This document shows, piece by piece, positions 18,604 to 26,738 of a stretch of 41,814 nt of DNA. The stretch is from Chloroflexota bacterium (GTDB lineage: Bacteria > Chloroflexota > Limnocylindria > Limnocylindrales > CSP1-4), in the NCBI GenBank assembly GCA_040899885.1, contig JBBDZZ010000028.1:1-41814 (forward strand). The letters run 5' to 3'. A program made the translations under genes and the position numbers. How positions within the stretch are numbered: position 1 is the first letter of the stretch; the number at the start of each line of letters is the position of its first letter. The notes beneath the pieces were generated by a model. That model was not told the origin of the DNA and ran no database searches. It worked only from the letters and a program-made list of their open reading frames with translations.

Positions 18604-19467
18604 TCAGCCGGCCGCGACCGGAACGGGCTTCTCGATCGGCACGCCAACCATGCTCCCCCACTCGGTCCAGCTACCGTCGTAGTTACGGACCCGCTTGTAG
18701 CCGAGCAACTCGTGCAGGACGAACCAGGAATGCGACGAGCGCTCCCCGATGCGGCAATAGGCGATCACGTCCTTGTCCGGCGTGATCCCCTTGCCCTCGT
18801 AGAGCGTCTCGAGCTCCTCGCGGCTCTTGAACGTCCCGTCCTCGCGGACCGTCTGAGCCCACGGGATCGAGGCGGCACCGGGGATGTGACCGGCCCGCTG
18901 TGCCGTCTCCGACATGCCGGGCGGGGCGATGACCTCACCGTTGAACTCGGCCGGACTGCGGACGTCGACGAGAGCGAGCGTTGGATCGCCGACCCGCGGC
19001 AGGATGTCGTCGCGGAACGCGCGCAATGCGAAGTCCGGCTCCGGCAGCTTGTAGCCGGTCGACGAGTGGCTCGGCACGTCCGTCGTGAGCGGCAATCCCT
19101 TGTCCAGCCAGAACTTCCGCCCGCCGTTGAGGATCCGGACGTCCTTGTGGCCGAACAGCTTCAGCTGCCAATACGCCCACGCGGCGAACCAGTTGTTGTT
19201 GTCGCCGTACAGCACGATCGTCGTCTGCGGGCCGATCCCGCTCTTGTCGAGGAGCTCGGAAAACTCCTCGCGGGTGGCGATGTCGCGGCGAACACCATCT
19301 GCCAGCTGGCTCGTCCAGTTCCAGCCGACGGCGCCGGGGAGGTGGCTCTGCTCATACGAGGTCGTGTCGACGTCGACCTCGACGAATCGGACGTCGTGGT
19401 CGTCGAGGTGCGCGCGCGCCCAATCGGAGTCGACGAGCACCTCCTTGGCATATCCGGGAACACTCAT
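18604..19467 (-). CDS. Thiosulfate/3-mercaptopyruvate sulfurtransferase (tandem rhodanese, CysA/SseA type)
   Basis: Two rhodanese domains and the active-site loop CRIGERSS. A strong SD (AGGAGG) lies upstream of the ATG. Confidence 0.9.
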   Translation of the reverse strand: MSVPGYAKEVLVDSDWARAHLDDHDVRFVEVDVDTTSYEQSHLPGAVGWNWTSQLADGVRRDIATREEFSELLDKSGIGPQTTIVLYGDNNNWFAAWAYWQLKLFGHKDVRILNGGRKFWLDKGLPLTTDVPSHSSTGYKLPEPDFALRAFRDDILPRVGDPTLALVDVRSPAEFNGEVIAPPGMSETAQRAGHIPGAASIPWAQTVREDGTFKSREELETLYEGKGITPDKDVIAYCRIGERSSHSWFVLHELLGYKRVRNYDGSWTEWGSMVGVPIEKPVPVAAG

Positions 19468-19516
19468 GGCTATCCTCCTTCGAACATTGATCGCTGACGG
19501 AGACGGGACGAACGGC

Positions 19517-19536
19517 GGCGGGCTATCGCGCCCGCC
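19517..19536 (-). terminator. Candidate hairpin terminator after the 19557-20033 gene
   Basis: Stem GGCGGGC / GCCCGCC (7 bp) with a 6-nt loop, 20 nt downstream of the stop on the minus strand. No U-run. Confidence 0.4.
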
Positions 19537-19556
19537 CCGGACACGCGCAGCGGCGC

Positions 19557-20033
19557 TCAGTCATCGGACGACGCCCGATCGCGGCGGCTGAAACGGGCGA
19601 GCCGGTCGCGGCAGGCGGCGGCCTCGCGCTGGGCCTGGCGGACGATCCAGGGGTCCACCCGGCTCGAGTCCTCGATCGCCACCGTCGCGCCGTACGGCCC
19701 ATCGTCAATGACGATCCCCGACGAGTTCCGGTAGTCGCTCATCCAGTTCGCCTGGAGCTGGAGCGCGACGTTCACCACGACCGCGGGCGAGAAGATCCAG
19801 TCGAGGTGATCTGCGTTGAGCCGGTCGACTATGTCGGCGATCCGGACGGCCCGGCCGCGCTCGACCCGGGCGAGGAGCGTGATGACCCGCAGGCCGCTGA
19901 ACGGGTCGCCGATCTCGGCGACCGTGGGCGGCTGGATGTCCGGTTCGGGCAGGCCCGGTGGGGCTGGACGAAGCGGCGCGAGGCCGGGCGCCGCGGCTCG
20001 GACGTCGGTCACAGGGATCTCCGACTGGATCAC
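19557..20033 (-). CDS. Hypothetical protein (about 158 aa)
   Basis: Only the C-terminal 150-160 aa of the 357-aa ORF has a protein-like composition (RVITLLARVERGRAVRIADIVDRLN...). The GTG start at 20033 is tentative. Confidence 0.5.
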   Translation of the reverse strand: MIQSEIPVTDVRAAAPGLAPLRPAPPGLPEPDIQPPTVAEIGDPFSGLRVITLLARVERGRAVRIADIVDRLNADHLDWIFSPAVVVNVALQLQANWMSDYRNSSGIVIDDGPYGATVAIEDSSRVDPWIVRQAQREAAACRDRLARFSRRDRASSDD

Positions 20034-20124
20034 TCGGATTTGGAAGCCGAAGCCTACCACCGGGCGTCGGGGACGCCAACCCCTGTGTACTGGACCTCGC
20101 GCCGCGTGGGCATAGAATCCGCCG

Positions 20125-20964
20125 ATGAGCTCTGACCCGGCCGCCCTCCGCGCCGCCAATCGCGGCCGCTTCGCGCGTATCGTCGCGCGGCCGGACGGGG
20201 AGATCGACCTCGCGGGCGGTGCCCTGTGCATCGCCGCCGACGCGAGGCCCGGCCTCGATCCCGAGCCGACCCTCGCGGCCCTCGATGACCTCGCCGGTCG
20301 CGTCCGGCTGCGTGTTGACCGGGGGGACGACGACACCGTCACGATCGAGCGGCTCCACCACGTGCTGTACCGCGAGGTGGGCCTCCGCGCCCCGACCGCG
20401 GCGGAGTTCCACGATCCGCTGAACAGCGATCTCGACCGCGTCGTCGCGCGCCGGATCGGCCTGCCGATCAGCCTGGCCATCGTGGAGCTCGAGGTCGCCT
20501 GGCGGATCGGCCTGGCTCTCCACGGGATCGGCCTGCCCGGCCATTTCATCCTGGGTGCCCCGACTGGGGAGTTGATCGACCCCGCCGGCGGAGGGCGCAC
20601 CCTGACGCCGGACGACTGCCAGGCGCTCATTCGCCGGTCGCTCGGGGAGAGCGTGCTGTTCCACGTGGGGCTGCTCCGGCGGGCCGGGCGGCGCGAGATC
20701 CTCGCCCGGGTCCTGCGGAACCTCCGCTCGGTCCACCTTGCCCGGCGCGACTGGCCGGCGGCCCTCGGAGTCGTCGACCTGTTGCTGGTCGTCGAGCCGA
20801 CCGACCCGGATCACGGGCGCGATCGCGGCCTCCTGCTCGGCCGGATGGGCCGCTTCAGCGAGGCCATCGCCTGCCTCGCACGCTACCTCGAGGAGCGTCC
20901 CGACGGGCATGACGTCCAGGACGTCCAGCAGGTCGTCGCGATCTTCGCCGGTCGGCGGAACTGA
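20125..20964 (+). CDS. SirB1/YchA-like protein (transglutaminase-like N-domain plus TPR-like C-domain)
   Basis: RRIGLPISLAIVELEVAWRIGLALHGIGLPGHFIL resembles the SirB1 N-domain, with a helical-repeat C-terminus. A TAGAAT hexamer lies 7 nt upstream of the ATG. Confidence 0.65.
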   Translation: MSSDPAALRAANRGRFARIVARPDGEIDLAGGALCIAADARPGLDPEPTLAALDDLAGRVRLRVDRGDDDTVTIERLHHVLYREVGLRAPTAAEFHDPLNSDLDRVVARRIGLPISLAIVELEVAWRIGLALHGIGLPGHFILGAPTGELIDPAGGGRTLTPDDCQALIRRSLGESVLFHVGLLRRAGRREILARVLRNLRSVHLARRDWPAALGVVDLLLVVEPTDPDHGRDRGLLLGRMGRFSEAIACLARYLEERPDGHDVQDVQQVVAIFAGRRN

Positions 20965-21027
20965 CGGGCACACGCCCGGCGCGGCATGGCGTCCGAGCGC
21001 CCGGCCGTTGGCGGAGGGGTCGGCGGA

Positions 21028-22188
21028 CTAGCGCGGACTCGGAGCTGCTGCCGGCTCGATCTCGGCAGGCGCGCGCATCGACGCCCTACCGCCTGCGACC
21101 CTGCGCCGGAGCCGCTCGAAACCGAAGCCGGCAACGAGAAGGATGATGCCCTCGACGAGGAGCCCGACTTCGGTCGAGGTGGCCTTTGCGAGGTAGCTCG
21201 CGTTGAGGTCGGTCAGAGCGACGATCACGCCGAGGCCCGCAGGGTAGACGAACGCGCTGGCGTCGCGGCGGAAGGCTCGCTCGAGCAGAACCCCGCTGAC
21301 GAGGAGGATGACGAGGTCGCCGATAACCGGCTCGAGGACGCGCCGGCTTTCAAAGGTCACCGGATCGTAGCGATAGATGGTGATCGCACCGGCCACCCCG
21401 ACGATGGCAGCGAAGCCCGCCCACGCGCGCGACAGCGCCGACCGCCGATCGGCGTCGATCATCCCGCTCATCGCCTCTCGCCGGCCGATGAGCCCCAGGA
21501 TCACGGCGACGAGCAGCCACCAGCCCGCCATCACGGCGACCTTCAGGAACGGGTCCGGACCACCCGGGACCGTCACTCCGAAGTCCTCGACCGGCCGGAA
21601 GAGGGCTCGCTCGGCCAATTGCTGGATCGAGAAGGCGAGCGTCGTAACGCCGCCGAGCAGACCGAACTGGGTAAGGAGCGCGGGATGAAGCCGGCGGAAG
21701 GCCGCAGCGGCCACGAGACCGCCCGCGGCGGCGATGACCAGCACTGCCTCCGGCTCCAGCGAGGTTAGCGCGTCGAGCGCGGAGTTTACGGTCCCCATCG
21801 TTGCCCCAGCCGCAACGACAAATGCCGCCCCGGCCGCGCGTCGCGCGCGGGCGGAGCCCCGCATGAGGCGCGCTCCGATGAGCACCAGCGCGACGGCAAC
21901 GAGCCCGCGCCCGAGCGCGAAGGCGAGAGTCGTATCGCCGAAGAGGTCGACGCGGCCGAGGAGCGTGTACCAGGCGGCGAGGACAAATCCTGTCCCGAGA
22001 TAGCCGAACATCTCGGCGATCGTGACCGCCGGCCCGAAGAGCGCCGCCGCAGCCGCCATCGGATTGGTTCGGCCCGGGTCATCTGGTCTGTCCGCTTCGG
22101 CCCTGCGGAGCCGGGCCGCCACCTCTGCGTCGATGAGTCCCTCGGCTTCCCATGCCGCGATCCGCTCGACGACCCCTGCGTCGCCCAT
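21028..22188 (-). CDS. DUF2157-like polytopic membrane protein
   Basis: The N-terminal soluble helix IAAWEAEGLIDAEVAARLRR is followed by about 10 TM segments. SD is GGAGGG. Confidence 0.6.
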   Translation of the reverse strand: MGDAGVVERIAAWEAEGLIDAEVAARLRRAEADRPDDPGRTNPMAAAAALFGPAVTIAEMFGYLGTGFVLAAWYTLLGRVDLFGDTTLAFALGRGLVAVALVLIGARLMRGSARARRAAGAAFVVAAGATMGTVNSALDALTSLEPEAVLVIAAAGGLVAAAAFRRLHPALLTQFGLLGGVTTLAFSIQQLAERALFRPVEDFGVTVPGGPDPFLKVAVMAGWWLLVAVILGLIGRREAMSGMIDADRRSALSRAWAGFAAIVGVAGAITIYRYDPVTFESRRVLEPVIGDLVILLVSGVLLERAFRRDASAFVYPAGLGVIVALTDLNASYLAKATSTEVGLLVEGIILLVAGFGFERLRRRVAGGRASMRAPAEIEPAAAPSPR

Positions 22189-22258
22189 GACACCCTCCTC
22201 GGCTCGCTGGACGCCTCGTTGACGCTCTGGGCGCTCGGACGTTACGTCGAGGGCTACC

Positions 22259-22624
22259 TCAACGTAGCTCGAGTCGAACCGTCGTGGGCAGCGTCTCGGG
22301 CTGAAGCATCGACTTCAGCGCGGGATCGCGAGCGTACTTTGCCTTGAGCGCGCGGGTGGAGGCGGCAATTGACTCGGGGTCCGGGGCGTGGACTCCACGA
22401 ACCTTCACTGGGGGCAGCTTCGGCTTGCCGCGGAAGTGGAGCGTGGCGTTCGGATCGGCGAGGAGGTCGCGGTACCAGCGACCGCGCTCGCCGCGGACTG
22501 ACCGGACGAATACGTGCGGGCCGTGGGCGACGATCCAGATGATCGTTCGACGGCCTCCCGTCTCGATCTCGACCTCCTCGCGCTCGGCGATGGCCGCGAG
22601 GACGTCCGGGGGAAACTTCGCCAC
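22259..22624 (-). CDS. DUF2255-family small protein (PNPOx-like split barrel?)
   Basis: GTG at 22624 lies 10 nt after the kamA stop. The pattern EEVEIETGG...IWIVAHGPHVFVRSVRGERGRWYRDL...TVRLE matches my recollection of DUF2255. Confidence 0.6.
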   Translation of the reverse strand: MAKFPPDVLAAIAEREEVEIETGGRRTIIWIVAHGPHVFVRSVRGERGRWYRDLLADPNATLHFRGKPKLPPVKVRGVHAPDPESIAASTRALKAKYARDPALKSMLQPETLPTTVRLELR

Positions 22625-22634
22625 CAGCGAGAGT

Positions 22635-24218
22635 CTAGAGCAGCTCGCCGTGGGCGGAGCCGGTCGGCTCGCCATCGCGCGGGCGTGGCTCCTCGCCAGG
22701 TGCATAGGCCGGCGGCTCGGGCGCCTTCGAGCCCGCAGCTTCGGCGCTGCCCTCGATGACCCGCAGCGGACGGCCCGCCTGCCCCTCGATCGCCCCGACC
22801 CCGAACGGCACCCATTTCGACGGGTCCTGGAGCCGATGCTGCTCCGTATTGCCCCGCGCGTGGACCTCCTCGAACCCCTTCGGCTCGATCCACATCCGCT
22901 CACCCTCGAGCAGCCCCAGCACGCCGGACTGGCCCGGCTCCGGGCGCTCTGTCTGGCAATACGTGCAGGCCGCGCTGTCGTGGCGCTGGTACGACTCGGG
23001 CTCCTCGTAGGTCGTGATGTAGCCCTCGTAGTTGCGCAGTACGACCTTGTGATCCGAGTAGCTGATCAGGTAGTTCGGCATCACCGGGATCTTGCCGCCG
23101 CCGCCGGGCGCATCGATGACGAAGGTCGGGATCGCGTAGCCCGAGGTGTGGCCGCGCAGGCCCTCCATGATCTCGAGCCCCTTGCCGACCGGGGTCCGGA
23201 AGTGCCCCGAGCCTTCCACGAGGTCGCACTGGTAGAGGTAGTAGGGCCGGATCCGGTTCTCGACGAGCCGGTGGACGAGCGCCCGCTGGATGTGGACGCA
23301 GTCGTTGACGCCGGCGAGGAGCACGCTCTGGTTGCCGACCGGGATGCCGGCCCGGGTCAGGCGGTCGACCGCCCGGCTGACCTCGGGCGTGATCTCGTTC
23401 GGGTGGTTGAAGTGGAGGTTGATCCACATCGGGTGGTACTTCGCGAGCATCTCGCACAGCTCGTCGTCGATCCGCTGGGGCAGGAACACCGGCACCCGCG
23501 AGCCGATCCGGATGATCTCGATGTGGGGGATCTCGCGGAGGCCGCGGATGATCGACTCGAACAGCTTCGGCGCGAGCGTCAGGCCGTCGCCGCCGGAGAT
23601 CAGCACGTCGCGGACCTGGGGAGTCCGGCGCAGGTAGTCGAGCTGGGCCTCGTGGTCCTTGCGGTTGAAGTTCTGGGTGGGGTCGCCGACGATCCGGCTT
23701 CGCGTGCAGTACCGGCAGTAGCTCGCGCACTGGGTCGTGACGAGCATGAGGACGCGGTCGGGGTACCGGTGGACGAGGCCGGGCACCGGGGAGTGGCGGT
23801 CCTCGGCGAGCGAGTCCTCCATCATCGCGGTGAACGCCTGGTGCTCGCGAGCGGTCGGGATGACCTGGCGGCGGATCGGGTCGTACGGGTCGTCGGGGTC
23901 GATCAGGCTGATGAAGTACGGGGTGATGTCGACCCGGAACTTCTCCGGCGCGGACAGGCCTTCACGCTCGTCGTCCGTCAGGTTGAGGACGCTGGCGATC
24001 TCGTCCACCTCGTTGACCCGGTTCGAGAGCTGCCAGCGCCAGTCGTTCCACTTCTCGTCGGGAACGTCCGCCCAGAGTGGGGCGCGGCGGCTGATGGCGG
24101 GGCGGCCATCCGGCCCGAGGGCCTGGGCGGGATCGCGGAGGTTGACGAACGGCTCCGCGGCCGCGGCTTCCGCCGAGGCCTGGTGCGCGACCGCTGCCTT
24201 GATCTCCTGGGCGTCCAC
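22635..24218 (-). CDS. kamA: L-lysine 2,3-aminomutase (radical SAM/PLP enzyme)
   Basis: Collinear with Clostridium KamA: WNDWRWQ, radical SAM CASYCRYCTRS, VLISGGDGL, NHPNEIT, YYLYQCD and the PLP lysine in DAPGGGGKIPVMPNY. I prefer the GTG start at 24218. The TTG at 24338 would add 40 poorly protein-like residues. Confidence 0.9.
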   Translation of the reverse strand: MDAQEIKAAVAHQASAEAAAAEPFVNLRDPAQALGPDGRPAISRRAPLWADVPDEKWNDWRWQLSNRVNEVDEIASVLNLTDDEREGLSAPEKFRVDITPYFISLIDPDDPYDPIRRQVIPTAREHQAFTAMMEDSLAEDRHSPVPGLVHRYPDRVLMLVTTQCASYCRYCTRSRIVGDPTQNFNRKDHEAQLDYLRRTPQVRDVLISGGDGLTLAPKLFESIIRGLREIPHIEIIRIGSRVPVFLPQRIDDELCEMLAKYHPMWINLHFNHPNEITPEVSRAVDRLTRAGIPVGNQSVLLAGVNDCVHIQRALVHRLVENRIRPYYLYQCDLVEGSGHFRTPVGKGLEIMEGLRGHTSGYAIPTFVIDAPGGGGKIPVMPNYLISYSDHKVVLRNYEGYITTYEEPESYQRHDSAACTYCQTERPEPGQSGVLGLLEGERMWIEPKGFEEVHARGNTEQHRLQDPSKWVPFGVGAIEGQAGRPLRVIEGSAEAAGSKAPEPPAYAPGEEPRPRDGEPTGSAHGELL

Positions 24219-24253
24219 GGGTAGAGCATCTCCGATCGCTGCAGGCCTGTCGA

Positions 24254-24272
24254 GTGCATAAGAAGTATGCAC
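24254..24272. promoter_or_regulatory. Perfect AT-rich palindrome GTGCATA-N5-TATGCAC upstream of kamA
   Basis: 7-bp arms read directly from the sequence. On the minus strand it abuts TCGACA (24253-24248). A 17-nt spacer, GATGCT (24230-24225) and then the GTG at 24218, 7 nt further on, follow. Confidence 0.35.
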
Positions 24273-24348
24273 TCTGCAAGTTCTCGGATGATAGCCCGGG
24301 CGTGGGAAACCGGTCCACCCGCCGGAGGTCCCGGTCAAGGAGGGGGAG

Positions 24349-24696
24349 TCAGTCCCCGATAACCGCCCAGAGGAAGCCCATCATGATGAAGAAGCCCGTG
24401 AACAGGGCGATCAGCCCGAGGCCGCCATACGGCGAGTTCGCGCCCTCGTGGGGGACGAACTGGAGCCCGATCCCGAACAGCAGCGCCCAGCCGACGAACA
24501 GCAGGCCGAACAGCCACTTCCCGTTCGGGCCGGTGAGCTTCCGCGGCCACGATGCCGATCCCTCCGCCACCATCGCCGAGCGAAGGAACACGTAGATCAT
24601 CAGCACGGTGACGATGGTCGCGATCCCGAACGGGATGGGCTGCTGGAACGCGATCGTGAACAGCTGCACGGACGGCCTCGTCAGGCGGAAGAGCAC
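24349..24696 (-). CDS. Small hypothetical membrane protein (115 aa, about 4 TM)
   Basis: Hydrophobic ORF directly upstream of kamA on the same strand. GTG start is tentative. Confidence 0.5.
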   Translation of the reverse strand: MLFRLTRPSVQLFTIAFQQPIPFGIATIVTVLMIYVFLRSAMVAEGSASWPRKLTGPNGKWLFGLLFVGWALLFGIGLQFVPHEGANSPYGGLGLIALFTGFFIMMGFLWAVIGD

Positions 24697-24803
24697 GGCT
24701 GGAGCCTAAGCGCGACCGATGCTAGCAGGAACCTGCCGCTGAAGGCGCAGCGAATCCCGAACCAGGCTCGCACGCTATCGTGTCGGCGCCTCATGGGGAG
24801 TCG

Positions 24804-26069
24804 ATGACCAGACTGGACGCCCGAACGGCCCGTCGACGCTATCTGATCCTGATCGCCCTTCGCTGGCTCCCGGTGGGACTTCTGATTCCGATCTTGGTCC
24901 TGTTCATGCTGTCCCGGGGACTGTCGCTGACCGAGATCGGGCTCGCCTTTTCTGCCCAGGGCTTCGTCGTCCTGGCTCTCGAGCTGCCGACCGGAGGGCT
25001 CTCGGACTCGCTGGGCCGGCGCCCGGTCCTTATCCTCGCCAGTCTCGTCGTCCTCGTGTCGCTCGGGACCCTCTACCTGGCCGATTCATTCGCGATGTTT
25101 GCCGGCGCGATGGTGCTCCAGGGCGTGTTCCGCGCGCTCGACAGCGGTCCGCTGGAGGCCTGGTACGTCGATGCTACGCTCGCGGCTGAGCCCGACGCAC
25201 GAATAGAGTCCGGCCTCGGGGCCGGGAGCTCCGTCCTGAGCGCCGCCATCGCGACCGGCGCACTCCTGTCGGGCGGCCTCGTGGCCCTCGATCCATTCGA
25301 CTCGATCGAACCGCTCGCCCTGCCTGTGCTGGTGGCGCTCAGTCTCTACGCGGTCAACTTCGCCGCGATCGTGCTGCTCCTGACCGAGGTCCGTGTCGCG
25401 CGCGGCGTCCGCGCCGTCGCCGGCTCGGTTGCGGCCGTTCCGGGAGTCGTCCGGGACGGCCTCCGGCTGCTCCGGTCATCGCGCGTGCTGCTCGCGCTGG
25501 TTCTGGTCGAGCTGTTCTGGGGATTCGCGATGGTCACGTTCGAGAGCCTCTTCCCGGTCCGGTTGGCGGAAGTCGTCGGCAATACCGACGACGCGGCCGC
25601 ACTGATGGGTCCGGTCAGCTCCGCCGCCTGGTTCGCGTCGGCGGCCGGAGCGGCCCTGATCGCCACGATCAGCCGGCGCATCGGAGTCGCGCGGTCGGCC
25701 GCGGCGCTCCGGATCCTCCAGGGGCTCGCGATCGTCGGAATGGGCTTACTGGCCGGGCCGGTGGGCGTGGTCACCGCGTACCTCGCCTGCTATTTGACCC
25801 ACGGTGCGTCCAACCCGATGCACACGACGTTGCTCCATCGCCAGGTCGCCGCGGGCAACCGGACCACCGTCCTGTCGATGAACTCGATGATCAGCCAGCC
25901 GGCCGGCGCGATCGGCGCGATCGTGCTCGCGGCGCTCGCGGACGGCACGTCCGTCGCGACGGCGATGGTGGTCGGCGGCGTCCTATGCGCCGTCGCGGCC
26001 CCGCTCTACATCCCTGCCTGGCGAGCCGAGAAGAGGCGCCACATCGAGCAGGACGAGATCGTGATCTAA
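24804..26069 (+). CDS. MFS transporter
   Basis: 12-TM-like profile and the MFS loop motif GGLSDSLGRRPV. The start is either ATG 24804 or GTG 24780. Confidence 0.8.
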   Translation: MTRLDARTARRRYLILIALRWLPVGLLIPILVLFMLSRGLSLTEIGLAFSAQGFVVLALELPTGGLSDSLGRRPVLILASLVVLVSLGTLYLADSFAMFAGAMVLQGVFRALDSGPLEAWYVDATLAAEPDARIESGLGAGSSVLSAAIATGALLSGGLVALDPFDSIEPLALPVLVALSLYAVNFAAIVLLLTEVRVARGVRAVAGSVAAVPGVVRDGLRLLRSSRVLLALVLVELFWGFAMVTFESLFPVRLAEVVGNTDDAAALMGPVSSAAWFASAAGAALIATISRRIGVARSAAALRILQGLAIVGMGLLAGPVGVVTAYLACYLTHGASNPMHTTLLHRQVAAGNRTTVLSMNSMISQPAGAIGAIVLAALADGTSVATAMVVGGVLCAVAAPLYIPAWRAEKRRHIEQDEIVI

Positions 26070-26636
26070 GACGGCGGGCAGCTCGTCAGAAGGGAGCGAT
26101 GCGGCAGCCGCGGCTGCGCGCCGCTCGAGCCGCTCGAGGTCCGCGATCCCGAACTCGCCCACCCGCGGGCTTTCGACGTTGATGACGCCGACCGGGCGGC
26201 CCTCGACGAGGATCGGGGCGGCGAGCTCGCTCCGTGGCGCGGAGCCGGGGTAGGCGAAGTAGTCGGCGTGGCTGGTCACGTCGGCGACGAGCGCAGGCCG
26301 GCCCATCCGGAAAACCCAGCCACAGACCGATCCGTCCAGTGGCACGACCCACGACGGCCGAGCCACCCCTGCGCGGTCGTCCGGGCCTCGCCACTGCGCG
26401 GCCAGCCGCAGCCCGGCGGTCGCAGGGTCGTGGACCAGCACCGACGCGGAGTGGAATTGATCCTCACGGCGCAGCGCCTCGACGATCGCCTCGGCCCAGG
26501 CGACGACGCCCGGAGCCAGTGAATCCAGTTCGGCGGCGGTGTCGGTGATGCCGGTCCCCTGCTGGCGACGAAGCCCCCGGGCGCTCGTGACGGAGAGCGC
26601 CGGGGCGGAGGAGTCGCCGCCGATATATCGAACCAT
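25983..26636 (-). CDS. GAF-domain protein (217 aa, stand-alone sensor)
   Basis: ATG at 26636 (MVRYIGGD). GAF-like core: VPLDGSVCGWVFRMGRPALVADV...ELAAPILVEGRPVGVINVES. The 3' end overlaps the convergent MFS gene by 87 nt. Confidence 0.6.
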   Translation of the reverse strand: MVRYIGGDSSAPALSVTSARGLRRQQGTGITDTAAELDSLAPGVVAWAEAIVEALRREDQFHSASVLVHDPATAGLRLAAQWRGPDDRAGVARPSWVVPLDGSVCGWVFRMGRPALVADVTSHADYFAYPGSAPRSELAAPILVEGRPVGVINVESPRVGEFGIADLERLERRAAAAAASLPSDELPAVLDHDLVLLDVAPLLGSPGRDVERGRDGA

Positions 26637-26738
26637 GGGCGCACTCCCGGCGCATCGTCCGGACACCGTAGATCGGGCCGGAAAGAGTCCAACCGCTCCC
26701 CGGGCTAGGATGGCCCGGATGTCCCCCCGCCGGACCCC

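Noticed and set aside
22344-24224. Very long antisense or alternate-frame ORFs throughout the window. Examples: 22344-24224 (626 aa), 15620-17515 (631 aa), 34386-36587 (733 aa), 4996-6021, 27945-29144, 19705-20973, 1084-1935 and 1775-2860.
   Set aside because: They lie opposite to, or out of frame with, genes that have clear family motifs. Their translations are Arg/Pro/Gly/Asp-rich low-complexity strings, as expected for stop-poor shadow frames in roughly 70% GC DNA. No motifs were recognised.
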